DNA from: Antedon mediterranea
Taxonomy: Eukaryota; Animalia; Echinodermata
Length of the DNA stretch: 64,000 nt
Reading direction: 5' to 3'
Assembly (NCBI RefSeq): GCF_964355755.1
Contig: NC_092670.1
Span: 8,422,201-8,486,200 of the forward strand
Position 1 is the stretch's first letter. The number at the start of each line of letters is the position of its first letter. Of this stretch, positions 51,233 through 64,000 are shown one piece after another. The notes below the pieces were generated by a model. The model saw only the letters and a list, made by a program, of their open reading frames with translations. It did no database searches and had not been told where the DNA came from. Made by a program: the position numbers and the translations under genes.

Positions 51233-52677
51233 CTAGATGGTACGCTCGTTTCGCTCGCGTACCATCTAGGTCGTGCCCACAGATGGTTCTCGAATACATA
51301 GCAATTTCAGCGTTAAAAAAAACTGGCGACTTCAAATGTACATGCAGGACAATAATACATGTCGTTTACAGGAACGAATAAATAAACACGGTGATTTATG
51401 TACTCAACTAAAATTAGAACCCTGGGAATTACTTCCGAAAGAGAAACTTGTCACAAAATAAGAAACAAACTGAATTTGTGTTTTGTGTGTAACATTAGGG
51501 TTGAGGGATGGGGAAGAGGATGTGTGCAAAGACGAACAATTTTTAAATATATTCTTTATCGATTTAGTAACGAAATATGAATTGTTTTCATGTTTTACAA
51601 ATAATATACCACTAAACACAGTAAAACATTGCGATTTAATACTTTGTTGAAACTGTCACCGTCATAGTCGATTGAAATAGTACAGTACATGTAAAGATAC
51701 ATCACTAATACGACGTTTATATTTTTTGTAGTTATATTATTAGTTAATACAAACGTTCAGAAGGAACTGTCAGTAATAAAGTAAACACCTCTATTCGGGG
51801 AAAATCGTAAATTCGCTTTAATCGTCAATAAATAATTATCTAACTCAACTTAATTAGTAGGCCTAATGGTCAATTGTTTCTTAGAGCCAATTCATACATA
51901 AGTTGTTTCCTAACCACCAAAGTTGTTCTGCGTTTAGGGCATGTGATCCTTCGTACTGTAGGCCTGTCCTCTACTGGCTTTACAACGCTACTCATGCCAG
52001 TGAGGGGGAGGGTGGTGGTGTTGGTGGTGGTTTAACTGCAATAATAAAGTTGATTGTACATAATAGGTAATGGAAAATAGACTGGAAAGGCTAGCTCATT
52101 ATGCGTTAAAAAAAAAGATTCCACAGATTGGAAAAATATGTATCGAATTCCTGTTATGACTGTACTTGTCTTTACGACGCCTGAGGGAATAGACATTTGT
52201 GGAACAGAGATTGGAATGTTCCATTTATCGCAGATCAAAACATTTGTATAAACGTATATTAAATCTATCAAATTAGTATTTTTTAAAGAAAATCGGCCTG
52301 TCTTCAACATTATGATGCTGTACTCGAGCTGTTCAACTGGTTTTCAGCTATTAAAAACAATTATCGTAGGAGGAGATAGGAAAATGCGAAGCATCCTCGC
52401 ATTATTGTCTGCGGGTATTTTTCAAGTTGGACATCCATTGGACAGTGTATACCACGACCACGAAACACCCCTATTTGGGGCAAATCGTTGAACCTAAATT
52501 CGTTTTAAATGTCAATAACTATAATTATCTAACTCAATTTAATTAGTAAACATGGTTACATCAGATGGTTAAAATCAGTACCGAAAGTACGAACCAACTT
52601 TATATACCATCGAGTAAAAATTCTAGAAATAAACCGCGATTTATCGAATTTTGCCCTTACGTAAATTTATATATAGA
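51233..52677 (-). mobile_element. Non-autonomous canonical Helitron
   Basis: Minus strand A|TCTATATATAAA...hairpin...CATCTAG|T. The empty site ttttgttaaaa|taagtgg at about 31521 shows insertion with no TSD. Confidence 0.9.
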
Positions 52678-52755
52678 TAAGTGGTGCAGTAATTGGAAAT
52701 ATAACAAACATAATAAAGTAAAGAAAAAGAGTAATCAAAATTATAAATAGAGAAA

Positions 52756-53646
52756 CTAGATTTGAACTCGCCACGGTGACGAGTTAGGTTATCCCGCAAT
52801 TCATCGTAACATACAGATGCTATTTATTAGGCTTAGCCTACAGTAAGCTGCACCACAACTATTGTACAAACAGCATAGCATTGTTCAACAACCATGAACA
52901 GTTGACTGTATTGGCATTGTAGACGGTTTAGTTGACGGTTAGTTTTTATTTTACACCACTCGTATGATGAAATTTTCAAATTAAAAATAAAGTTCATGTG
53001 TCTGAAGGAGAATGTTTTAAGTACTGTAATAACATTATTGAAAATTGGAAGGAAATTGATAACATTTATGCGATATGCGCTCTATTGAATGTGACGAACT
53101 GTGTCGAAAGAGACAAAATTCCTTTACATTTGTGTGGCCATACGATGTTTGGCGTGCCCGTGTGTCATTATTTTTTCATTCATAATTCATCAAATATGAA
53201 AAAAATATATCATAAAACTATAAAAAAACAATATTCAAGCGCAAAAACGGGCTTTCTATGCTGCGTACGGGCGTAAAAAGTCCTGAAACGTATAGAAAGT
53301 TGATTAGAAATTCATTTTGAGCATTTTTAACTTTCAAAGCGTGCTTACGCACGAAAATACGAATGTTGAAAATTTTGCTGATGATATAGGAAGATGACCC
53401 TTGACATGAAGCATACATGTGTCAAGTGGTATTTAAAAATATTTATTGGTTTTCAATTTATAGTCAATCTACGCGAAAATATTTTCATTAAACCAAAGTT
53501 TCTTGCACAACTACATATATACGCGCATCTGCTGGCCAACTTACAACATAACTGCTACCGCCGTATTTTAGATCTGCATGCAACAAAAAATTGAAATTTT
53601 TGACAATAACAATAGGCTATCGCTCTACAGATAGCGATAGCCTAAT
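52756..53646 (-). mobile_element. Helentron/HINE, paralog of 31608-32581
   Basis: Same termini and internal sequence. Confidence 0.75.
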
Positions 53647-54172
53647 AAAAATAATAGAAATCAATTTTAGAAAAGAAAACTTTAAGTTTAAATTTTGCAT
53701 ATTAATTGTATTTTGGAATGAAGTTATTGACATATTTTTAAAGTTTAAAGTAATATAAGTGCATTCTAGCTTTTAGATGAACGATAAGTAAAAAGGTTTG
53801 TTGCCTTGAAAACAATTCCAGGTGGGGAAAACTAAATCGTATCCTAATAGTATTAAAAGTCAATTTTTACTTCACAAGCTGCATCTATTTCAGCTTCGGT
53901 TACAGTACCTGCTTTTGCTGTCTGGAATAATAATACAGTACTGTATTTAATAATGTATTATTATAAATAATTTGTAAACTATGGAAGTTTTCTTCCATAG
54001 TTATTTATAATTTTTTTAGCCTACAAAAGTTTCATTCTTTTTGCCTTTTTAGTTGTTTTTTATGGATATATTATCTTTAAACAAATCAGTGAAAACAATT
54101 CTCAAACCATGAATAGTCTATTATTATTAGTTAATTTAACAACATATTTTCTTTCAGATTACAGAATACAGC

Positions 54173-57100
54173 ATGAAATATAAATGTGAACACTGTGGAG
54201 TTAAGTTGGAATTCAGTGACTTGAAAGAACATTTAGGATTACACACTCATTCTAAAGAAATAAAATGTGAGCTCTGTGAACATACAATTGACAAGTGTAA
54301 GCTACATAACCAGACACCATATGAATGTGATCATGAGGAGGAAGGAAATCGGAATTTGAAAAAACATTTCAGGACAAACACAGGAGAGACACCATATGAA
54401 TGTGAGCATGAGAAGGAAGGAAATCGGAATTTGAAAAAACATTTGAGCACAAACACAGGAGAAACACCATATGAATGTGAGCATGAGAAGGAAGGAAATC
54501 GGAATTTGAAAAAACATTTGAGCACAAACACAGGAGAGACACCATATGAATGTGAGCATGAGAAGGAAGGAAATAGGAATTTGAAAAAACATTTGAGCAC
54601 AAACACAGGAGAGACACCATATGAATGTGAGCATGAGAAAGTAGGAAATCAGAATTTGAAAAAACATTTGAGCACAAACACAGGAGAGACACTATATGAA
54701 TGTGAGCATGAGAAAGAAGGAAATCGGAATTTGAAAAAACATTTGAGAACAAACACAAGAGAGACACCATATGAATGTGAGCATGAGAAGGAAGGAAATC
54801 GAAATTTGAACAAACATTTGAGCACAAACACAGAAGAGACACCATATGAATGTGAGCATGAGAAGGAAGGAAATAGGAATTTGAAAAAACATTTGAGCAC
54901 AAACACAGGAGAGACACCATATGAATGTGAGCATGAGAAAGTAGGAAATCAGAATTTGAAAAAGCCTTTGAGCACAAACACAGGAGAGACACCATATGAA
55001 TGTGAGCATGAGAAAGAAGGAAATCAGAATTTGAAAAAGCATTTGAGCACAAACACAGGAGAGACACCATATGAATGTGAGCATGAGAAAGAAGGAAATC
55101 GGAATTTGAAAAAACATTTGAGAACAAACACAGGAGAGACACCATATGAATGTGAGCATGAGAAGGAAGGAAATCGAAATTTGAACAAACATTTGAGGAC
55201 AAACACAGGTGAGACACCATATGAATGTGAGCATAAGAAGGAAGGAAATTGGAATTTGAAAAAACATTTGAGGACAAACACAGGAGAGACACCATATGAA
55301 TGTGAGCATGAGAAGGAAGGAAATCAGAATTTGAAAAAACATTTGAGGACAAACACAGGAGAGACACCATATGAATGTGGGCATGAGAAGGAAGGAAATC
55401 GGAATTTGAAAAAACATTTGAGCACAAACGCAGGAGAGACACCATATGAATGTGAACATTGCGGGAAGAAATTCAAATGGAAGTCAACTTTTAAAACACA
55501 TTTGAGAACACACAAAAGAGAGACACCATATGAATGTCAAAATTGTGGAAAGAAATTTAAACAAAGCTGGAATAGGAAAATGCATTTGAGAAAACACACA
55601 AGAGAGACACAATATGAATGTGAACATTGTGGTAAGAAATTTAAACAAAATGGAAATTTAAAGATTCGTTTGAGAAAACACACAGGAGAGACACCATATG
55701 ATTGTGAAAAAGAGAAGGATGGAAATCTGAATTTAAAAAAACATTTGAGCACAAACATGGGAGAGACACCATATGAATGTGAGCATGAGAAGGAAGGAAA
55801 TCGGAATTTGAAAAAACATTTGAGCACAAACACAGGAGAGACACCATATGAATGTGAGCATGAGAAGGAAGGAAATCAGAATTTGAAAAAACATTTGAGG
55901 ACAAACACAGGAGAGACACCATATGAATGTGGGCATGAGAAGGAAGGAAATCGGAATTTGAAAAAACATTTGAGCACAAACGCAGGAGAGACACCATATG
56001 AATGTGAACATTGCGGGAAGAAATTCAAATGGAAGTCAACTTTTAAAACACATTTGAGAACACACAAAAGAGAGACACCATATGAATGTCAAAATTGTGG
56101 AAAGAAATTTAAACAAAGCTGGAATAGGAAAATGCATTTGAGAAAACACACAAGAGAGACACAATATGAATGTGAACATTGTGGTAAGAAATTTAAACAA
56201 AATGGAAATTTAAAGATTCGTTTGAGAAAACACACAGGAGAGACACCATATGATTGTGAAAAAGAGAAGGATGGAAATCTGAATTTAAAAAAACATTTGA
56301 GCACAAACATGGGAGAGACACCATATGAATGTGAGCATGAGAAGGAAGGAAATCGGAATTTGAAAAAACATTTGAGCACAAACACAGGAGAGACACCATA
56401 TGAATGTGAACATTGCGGGAAGAAATTCAAATGGAAGTCAACTTTGAAAGCACATTTGAGAACACACAAAACAGAGACACCATATGAATGTCAAAATTGT
56501 GCGAAGAAATTTAAGCAAAGCTGGAATTTGAAAATGCATTTGAGAAAACACACAAGAGAGACACAATATCAACGTGAACATTGTGGTAAGAAATTTAAAC
56601 AAAATGGAAATTTAGAGATTCGTTTGAGAAAATACACAGGAGAGACACCATATGATTGTGAACATGGTGGTAGGAAATTGAAACAAAATGGAAATCGGAA
56701 ACATTTGAGAAAACACACAGGAGAGACACCATATGAATGTGAACATTGTGGAAAGAAATTTAAACTAAATGAAAATTTGAAGATACATTTGAGAATACAC
56801 ACAGGAAAGACACCATATGAATGTGAACATTGTGGTAAGAAATTTAAACTCAATGCAAATTTGAAAAGACATTTGAGAATACACACAGGAGATACACCTT
56901 ATGAATGTGAACATTGTGGGAAGAAATTTAAACTAAGCTGGAATTTGAAAATGCATTTGAGAACACACACAGGAGAGACACCATATGAATGTGAACATTG
57001 TGGTAAGAAATTTAAACGCAATGGGGACTTGAAAAGACATTTGAGAATACACACAGGAGAGACACCATATGAATGTGAACATTGTGGTAAGAAATTTAAA

Positions 57101-57577
57101 CACAATGGGGACTTGAAAAGACATTTGAGAATACACACAGGAGAGGCACCATATGAATGTGAACATTGTGGTAAGAAATTTAAACTAAGGTGGAATTTGA
57201 AAGTTCATTTGAGAACACACACAGGAGAGGCACCATATGAATGTGCACATTGTGGTAAGAAATATAAACACAATGAGGACTTGAAAAGACATTTGAGAAT
57301 ACACACAGGAGAGGCACCATATGAATGTGAACATTGTGGTAAGAAATTTAAACAAAATGGGGTTTTGAAAAGACATTTGAGAACACACACAAGAAAGGCA
57401 TCATATGAATGTGAACATTGTGGTAAGAAATTTAAACAAAATGGGGTTTTGAAAAGACATTTGAGAACACACACAAGAAAGGCATCATATGAATGTGAAC
57501 ATTGTGGAACGAAATTTACACGGAATGCTACTTTGAATGCACATTTAAAAACACATAACACACCTTATGAAATTTAA
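54173..57577 (+). CDS. C2H2 zinc-finger protein ZNF-D (1134 aa): 21 collapsed 25-aa finger-derived repeats and a C-terminal run of 10 canonical fingers
   Basis: Acceptor ttttctttcag just upstream; ATG 54173; intact ORF; same N- and C-termini as ZNF-C. Confidence 0.9.
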   Translation: MKYKCEHCGVKLEFSDLKEHLGLHTHSKEIKCELCEHTIDKCKLHNQTPYECDHEEEGNRNLKKHFRTNTGETPYECEHEKEGNRNLKKHLSTNTGETPYECEHEKEGNRNLKKHLSTNTGETPYECEHEKEGNRNLKKHLSTNTGETPYECEHEKVGNQNLKKHLSTNTGETLYECEHEKEGNRNLKKHLRTNTRETPYECEHEKEGNRNLNKHLSTNTEETPYECEHEKEGNRNLKKHLSTNTGETPYECEHEKVGNQNLKKPLSTNTGETPYECEHEKEGNQNLKKHLSTNTGETPYECEHEKEGNRNLKKHLRTNTGETPYECEHEKEGNRNLNKHLRTNTGETPYECEHKKEGNWNLKKHLRTNTGETPYECEHEKEGNQNLKKHLRTNTGETPYECGHEKEGNRNLKKHLSTNAGETPYECEHCGKKFKWKSTFKTHLRTHKRETPYECQNCGKKFKQSWNRKMHLRKHTRETQYECEHCGKKFKQNGNLKIRLRKHTGETPYDCEKEKDGNLNLKKHLSTNMGETPYECEHEKEGNRNLKKHLSTNTGETPYECEHEKEGNQNLKKHLRTNTGETPYECGHEKEGNRNLKKHLSTNAGETPYECEHCGKKFKWKSTFKTHLRTHKRETPYECQNCGKKFKQSWNRKMHLRKHTRETQYECEHCGKKFKQNGNLKIRLRKHTGETPYDCEKEKDGNLNLKKHLSTNMGETPYECEHEKEGNRNLKKHLSTNTGETPYECEHCGKKFKWKSTLKAHLRTHKTETPYECQNCAKKFKQSWNLKMHLRKHTRETQYQREHCGKKFKQNGNLEIRLRKYTGETPYDCEHGGRKLKQNGNRKHLRKHTGETPYECEHCGKKFKLNENLKIHLRIHTGKTPYECEHCGKKFKLNANLKRHLRIHTGDTPYECEHCGKKFKLSWNLKMHLRTHTGETPYECEHCGKKFKRNGDLKRHLRIHTGETPYECEHCGKKFKHNGDLKRHLRIHTGEAPYECEHCGKKFKLRWNLKVHLRTHTGEAPYECAHCGKKYKHNEDLKRHLRIHTGEAPYECEHCGKKFKQNGVLKRHLRTHTRKASYECEHCGKKFKQNGVLKRHLRTHTRKASYECEHCGTKFTRNATLNAHLKTHNTPYEI
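54311..55440 (+). repeat. In-frame 75-bp tandem array, 15 units of PYECEHEKEGNRNLKKHLSTNTGET
   Basis: Direct observation. Six further units lie within and after a 552-bp block duplication (gcgggaag at 55461 and 56013). Confidence 0.95.
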
Positions 57578-58510
<933 letters not shown>

Positions 58511-58769
58511 AGAGAATTAATAGGTTAAGTTTGAATATTTTTTGGGGAAAATCAACAGAAATATTTATTTCAGATAAATGAGTTACTATAATGCAGTACT
58601 CATTAATTTGAGCCATAATAATTGAAGAATATAATTATGTAGATTACTGTATTCCCTGATACAAAAAAACTAATACATAGAAGTTTTTAAAGAGTTTTAA
58701 GATTTAATATTATAAAACAATGTCAATCAAGCAAATCAAACAAAATAGATAATAATAAACCATTCCAAA

Positions 58770-59385
58770 GTGAGAATTTAAAAAAAAAACATTTTAGAAC
58801 TCGCACAATGAATCTGAATATTGTGAGAATAAAAAAAACATTTTAGAACTCGCACAATGAATCTGAATATTGTGAGAATAAAAAAAACATTTTAGAACTC
58901 GTACAATGAATCTGAATATTGTGAGAATAAAAAAAAACATTTTAGAACTCGCACAATGAATCTGAATGTTGTGAGAATAAAAAAAAACATTTTAGAACTC
59001 GCACAATGAATCTGAATATTGTGAGATAAAAAAAAACATTTTAGAACTTGCACAATGAATCTGAATATTGTGAGAATAAAAAAAAACATTTTAGAACTCG
59101 CACAATGAATCTGAATATTGTGAGAATAAAAAACATTTTAGAACTCGCACAATGAATCTGAATATTGTGAGAATAAAAAAAAACATTTTAGAACTCGCAC
59201 AATAATTCTGAATATTGTGAGAATAAAAAAAACATTTTAGAACTCGCACAATGAATCTGAATATTGTGAGAATAAAAAAAACATTTTAGAACTCGCACAA
59301 TGAATCTGAATATTGTGAGAATAAAAAAAACATTTTAGAACTCGCACAATGAATCTGAATATTGTGAGAATAAAAAAAACATTTA
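58770..59385 (+). repeat. ~49-bp tandem repeat, about 12 copies, zinc-finger derived and non-coding
   Basis: Unit gtgagaat(a)n cattttagaactcgcacaatgaatctgaatatt with a variable A-run. Confidence 0.92.
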
Positions 59386-59755
59386 AAAATATACACTGCA
59401 GAGACACAACACAATATAAATGAAATTTGTGGAAAAAAATTTAAAACTAATATTCAACAACATTTAAGATTACATTTGAGGATACACACAAGAGAGAGAA
59501 CATACTGTACTGTATAAATGTTAATGTTCTGTGTGTTGCTGTTTTTTGTTTTGTTTAAAGTACACACACACTTTCAATTCTAAATGTACACTCTTTTACT
59601 TATTAGTTAGTAAATTGTTGTTATAACATTTATTATAGTACTATGATACCTAGGACTTAATTATTGTATTATTTTAATTCACTTTATTATAACATTATAC
59701 ATTTTTGGTTTTGTTTACACTTTGTTTCGTTTGTGATATTTTTTTCCAAAATTAT

Positions 59756-59914
59756 AATAAACCCTTTCTATGATTTATAATGTACAGTAGCCTTCCTATG
59801 TAATAAAGCCTTTCTATGATTTATAATGTACAGTAGCCTTCCTATGTAATAAACCCTTTCTATGATTTATAATGTACAGTAGCCTTCCTATGTAATAAAG
59901 CCTTTCTATGATTT
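59756..59914 (+). repeat. 46-bp tandem repeat, about 3.5 copies
   Basis: aataaaccctttctatgatttataatgtacagtagccttcctatgt. Confidence 0.9.
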
Positions 59915-60071
59915 TTAATTCAAAGTAAGAGTTTTCTTTTATTGTCGGTTTTTGTAACAATAAAATCAAGTTTTATTCAAGGTACTGTATAATATACTAT
60001 TTTCTTTGTGTATATTTGTAAACACATGGCGACACAAGAAGGGATAGATAGATAGTAGTTTGTATTTTATA

Positions 60072-60180
60072 TTTTTAGTCGCGTGGACGCGACTCTATAG
60101 TTCACTATGTCGGTCGGTCGGTCTGTCGGTCCGGTATCACTATGCGTTTTAGCACGCGACTTATGGATGTTGGCCTTGTT
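60072..60180 (+). mobile_element. Short HINE/DINE-1-like element
   Basis: tttttagtcgcgtggacgcgact..(gtcg)n..gcacgcgact..ggccttgtt; same family as 5506-5627. Confidence 0.7.
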
Positions 60181-60631
60181 ATGTTGAAGTTGAGGTATTG
60201 AGCAGAGGTACACTATATGTTATGTTTTGGAAAAAAAAGTGTATACTGTAGTCATTAGAATTTTAAAGTACTGTAGTTATATTATAGATAACTGATTTTG
60301 CTGCAGTTTTGCAATCGATCAGAATATTCAAAACTTAATGTTGTTACGTGTTGTCAAAAGAATTGACACAACAATGTAACACTCAATCCAAGGAGTAACA
60401 ACTCTCTTCTAAATCCAATTATCTAATTAAAGTGGAATTTCAATACAATTCTACATAATTGGCGTTATACAGTATACTGTAAGGCAGTGACGATCCACTA
60501 TTAGATCTCTAGATAAAGCCTTTCTCCACCCACTCTACACAATGGTAGAGTGGGTCGGTTATAATGTCTCGGGGCGTTACTCAACAAGTACGCTTACGGC
60601 ATCTAAATAGATAATTCAATTTGCTTAATTA

Positions 60632-60773
60632 TACTCTCAACCAATCAAATACCGCAAATAAGTACTTGTCTGCCAGTCTATGATCCTATTTATTGCTGAG
60701 GAATGCCATTCAGTTGTATACAGTGGCAGCGAGAGAACGACTGAGGAAGACGATAATTATCATTGAGGTAGGT
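60632..60773 (+). promoter_or_regulatory. Putative promoter and first exon of ZNF-E
   Basis: actctcaaccaatcaaa; ggcagcgagagaacgactgaggaagacgataat; donor ag|gtaggt at 60768; acceptor ttttttatag ending at 61427. Confidence 0.55.
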
Positions 60774-61486
60774 ACACGTTCCTAAACTGAAATATTAATT
60801 ATGAGACAATCGGCGTGTGTGTTTCTTATAATTCTTAGCAGGATTACTCGAAAATGTATTGCCGATTTTCATAAGATTTTAAAGGATAGGTTCATAGCTG
60901 TATGGGAACACGTTATTCAATTTCATATGACTAGTAGATCAAATATCAAGCTGACCACAGCAATGGAAAGTTTCACCATAGGGATTTTCATTCCTTATTA
61001 CGTATTTGTTGATATGTGGCATGGGCCCTCGCAATTAACACTCTAAATATCTATTTTGTTGGTAACGTATTGTATAGGGCTTGGTTCTATTTGATACGGC
61101 TTGGTAATTAGGAGGACCCCGATTTATGTTTCTTTTCCCAGAAAAATAGTAGGCCTATAATGCCTTAAAATAACGCAAGCTAATATCACTCAAATTAATC
61201 CGTTACCATTAGGCCTCAGTAAATCTAATTAAAACAAAAGCTGTATACACGACATTAAAGTCGCAATCGAATACGCCAATTTTAAATTCTTTGACATTAT
61301 TCTGTTACAAAACTACTGTATGTACATAAGTTTGTTTTGCAATATAGTGTAGCTAACATGAATAGTACTACTAAGTATAGTCGGAGGAAGTAGAATTATA
61401 ATTTTGAAAATTGTATTTTTTTTATAGATTTATTGATGAATGAATACGACTTCAACAAAGAAGAATTTAACAGTGTAAATACCAAC

Positions 61487-62238
61487 ATGAAAGGCAAATG
61501 TGAACACTGTGGAGATGAATTTGAGTTCAGGGATTTAAAGGAACATTTAGGAATACACGTACATAGTTAAGAGTTTAAATGTGAAAACTCCGAGGATTTT
61601 CTGCTAAATGGCCAAACACCATATTATGACTTTGAACATTGTAGGCCTAGAATTGAAGAAAGTAAACATTTTGAACTACCCATTGTCGCAAAAACTTCAT
61701 ATGAATTTGAACATTGTCGAAATGACGAAAGTGAGAATTCAAGTAACACTGCCGTAGAAGCTTCGTATGAATTAGAACATTGTCGAAATGAAGAAAATGA
61801 GAATTTGGGAAACACTTCTGAAGAAACATCGTATACTGAATCTGATGAAAATTGTGGAACTGAAGAAAGGGGTGATTTGGGAATTCACACTTTCGAAGAA
61901 ACTTCGTTTGGTTGTGAAAATTGTGGGAAACAATTTAATAAAAGTGATGATTTAAAAAAACATTTTAAAATTCACACAACAGAGACACAACATGAATGTG
62001 AACATTGTGGGAAGACATTTAAACAGAATGCGAATTTGAAAAAGCATTTGAGAATACACACAGGAGAAGCACCATTTGAATGTAAACACTGTGGGAAGAA
62101 TTTTAAAGAAAGGGGGAATTTGAACAAGCATTTGCGGATGCATACAGGAGAGAAACCATATGATTGTGATACTGTGGGAAGAAATTTAGATCTAGTGTAA
62201 ATTTGACAAAACATTTGAGAGTACACACAGGAGAGAAG
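61487..62238 (+). pseudogene. ZNF-E pseudogene
   Basis: ATG 61487 [24 protein letters not shown]; in-frame TAA at 61568 (K in the paralogs); acidic spacer; three intact fingers; frameshift near 62168; LINE insertion after HTGEK. Confidence 0.85.
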
Positions 62239-64000
62239 GTAAGCCTGGGTCGAGGCGTAGGCCAAAACCCAGGAATGTACTTTTCGTATGCGCATATGCA
62301 CCTACTTTAGAACATAGTGAACAACAACCTTGGGATAGAGATAGGTTCTATGACGAAGTACAAGAAGCATTAAATGAAGCAAAAAACAGAGATATCCTAA
62401 TATTAGCTGGAGATATGAATGCAAAAACGGGGGACAGCCATCATGATTACCCACAATGTGTAGGAAGATATGGTAAAGGAAAAACGAACAATAATGGAAC
62501 TCAGCTAGTTGAATGTGCACTAAGAAATAATCTAGTACTAACAATTACCATGTTTAAACATAAGATGTCACATAGGACTACGTGGGAATGCCCGCAGAGA
62601 CGCGATCAGCATAACGATCAGAAGAGTGGAGAGATCAGACGCAACCCCTACAGAAACCAGATCGATTACATTCTAGTTAAGAATTCACACATGAAGCTAG
62701 TCACTAACGCAAGAGCATACAGTGGTACGAGAACATACACTGATCATAGATTAGTCAAGACAACTTTAACACTACAATGGTATAAATTAAATAGTAACGC
62801 TAAGAAAACCAAACAAATAGATGTGTCAAAACTCCAAGCACAACAAAACAGACAAACATATCAAAGAGAGGTATCGAGATGTATACAATCTGTAAACATC
62901 CAGGACCTGGAACCACAAGAGAAATGGACCAAATTAACGACAGTCTTTCAGAATGTAGCATTGGAAGTGGTTGGTTACATGAAAGCAAAGTCTAAATCAA
63001 ACAATAAATTAGTTATCGAGTTATCGAAGAAGCAGAAACAGTTGAGGTGCGACATAAATTCATCAAATGACAAATCTAAGAAAACAAAACTTAGAAAAGA
63101 AAGAAATCAAATCATAAAGAATATTCATACTGAACTTAATAAAGAAAAAGAAGACACACTAAAAGAAAAGATAGCTGAAATTGAAAAATTCAAAGATGAC
63201 TCAACAAGAATGTACCAAGCAGTAAAAAACCTAAAACTTAACGAAAATAAAAGACTTGTGGTAGAAACAGAGTTCGGTATAAGAACAAACGAAGAAGAGC
63301 AGGTAGAAATAATTAGCAATTTCTTTGAAAACGTCTATCACAAATCACAAGAAAAACCTATAAACGAAAACATTAAACCACCCTTTACAGGTGATGAAAT
63401 TGCCAAAGCAGCGAAATGCTTAAAAAATAATAAAAGCCCAGGAAGTGACCAAGTATACTCTGAAATGGTAAAATATGCACCTGTAGAAGTTTTTAACCAC
63501 ATAGCAGAAATATATAACCAAACAGCTAAAACAGGAAACATACCTAAAGAAATCAACGAAGGCATATTGCATCCAATACCGAAACCAGGCAAGAAAAAAG
63601 GTCCACCAAAAAACATCCGACCCATCATCCTACTGTCGGTTCTTAGGAAAATGCTAGCAATATGCTTACTAAATAGGATAAACGACAGATTAGATGAACA
63701 TGTCCCTGTAACACAGGCCGCGTATCGCAGAGGACGAAGCACTACCGAACATGTACATACATGCAAAATATTAGCAGAAAAGGCAATTGCGTCATCTAAC
63801 TACGAAATAATATTACTACTACTTGACATGACCAGTGCATTTGACACGGTGCGGAGGAATACTCTATTCGACATACTAACACATATATTACAAGATGATG
63901 AACTACACATGTTGAAAGTTTTGATAAACAATGTAAAATTAAGCGTTCGAATTGGAAAACAGACAGGAAAATTGTTTACTACTACACTAGGAGTACCACA
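62239..64000 (+). mobile_element. RTE-clade LINE (partial APE endonuclease plus RT), runs off the window
   Basis: CAYAPT, ILAGDMNAKTG, NQIDYILV, TDHRLV (endonuclease); KSPGSDQV, RPIILLSVLRK, QAAYRRGRST, LLDMTSAFDTV, TLGVP (RT). Some frameshifts near 62320 and 62800-62960. Confidence 0.88.

Noticed and set aside
58770-59385. Regular repeats (also the 97-bp and 20-bp arrays) as possible CRISPR arrays
   Set aside because: Head-to-tail tandem units without unique spacers, no cas genes, eukaryotic context.
60528-60555. 11-bp-arm palindrome acccactctac..gtagagtgggt upstream of ZNF-E
   Set aside because: No TSD or CANRG termini; too short to assign.
62233-62245. Splice-donor-like AAG|gtaagc at the ZNF-E/RTE junction suggesting the LINE is spliced out
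   Set aside because: ZNF-E already has an upstream nonsense codon and a frameshift, and no acceptor is visible in the window.

Overview
AT-rich eukaryotic genomic DNA, most likely from a marine invertebrate (taxon not determinable from sequence alone); no prokaryotic operons, RNA genes or CRISPR arrays are seen. The window holds a + strand tandem cluster of five paralogous C2H2 zinc-finger genes, each with one coding exon. ZNF-A (2827-4848), ZNF-B (8239-9411) and ZNF-D (54173-57577) are intact. ZNF-C (33110-36963) is split by a young poly(A)-tailed CR1-type LINE. ZNF-E (61487-62238) is a pseudogene interrupted by an RTE-type LINE. All five begin with the same atypical C-x2-C-x11-H-x3-H finger and show no KRAB/ZAD/SCAN/BTB/SET domain in the coding exon. 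ZNF-C and ZNF-D lie in a head-to-tail segmental duplication (about 9541-37470 / 37475-58075), and each copy was then invaded independently by nested DNA transposons: three Academ elements, an IS3EU-type foldback, a Galileo/P-like foldback, pogo-like, hAT, Ginger-like, Helitron and Helentron/HINE elements. Comparing the two copies exposes a dense record of apparent excision footprints: palindromic P-type footprints with 7-bp TSDs in promoters, and TA-CAG-TA / TA-GGC(C)-TA scars, some in frame inside the ZNF coding sequences. Zinc-finger units have repeatedly collapsed into new 30-, 75- and ~49-bp tandem repeats. Superfamily names rest on termini/TSD rules and protein motifs recognised by eye, not on database searches.
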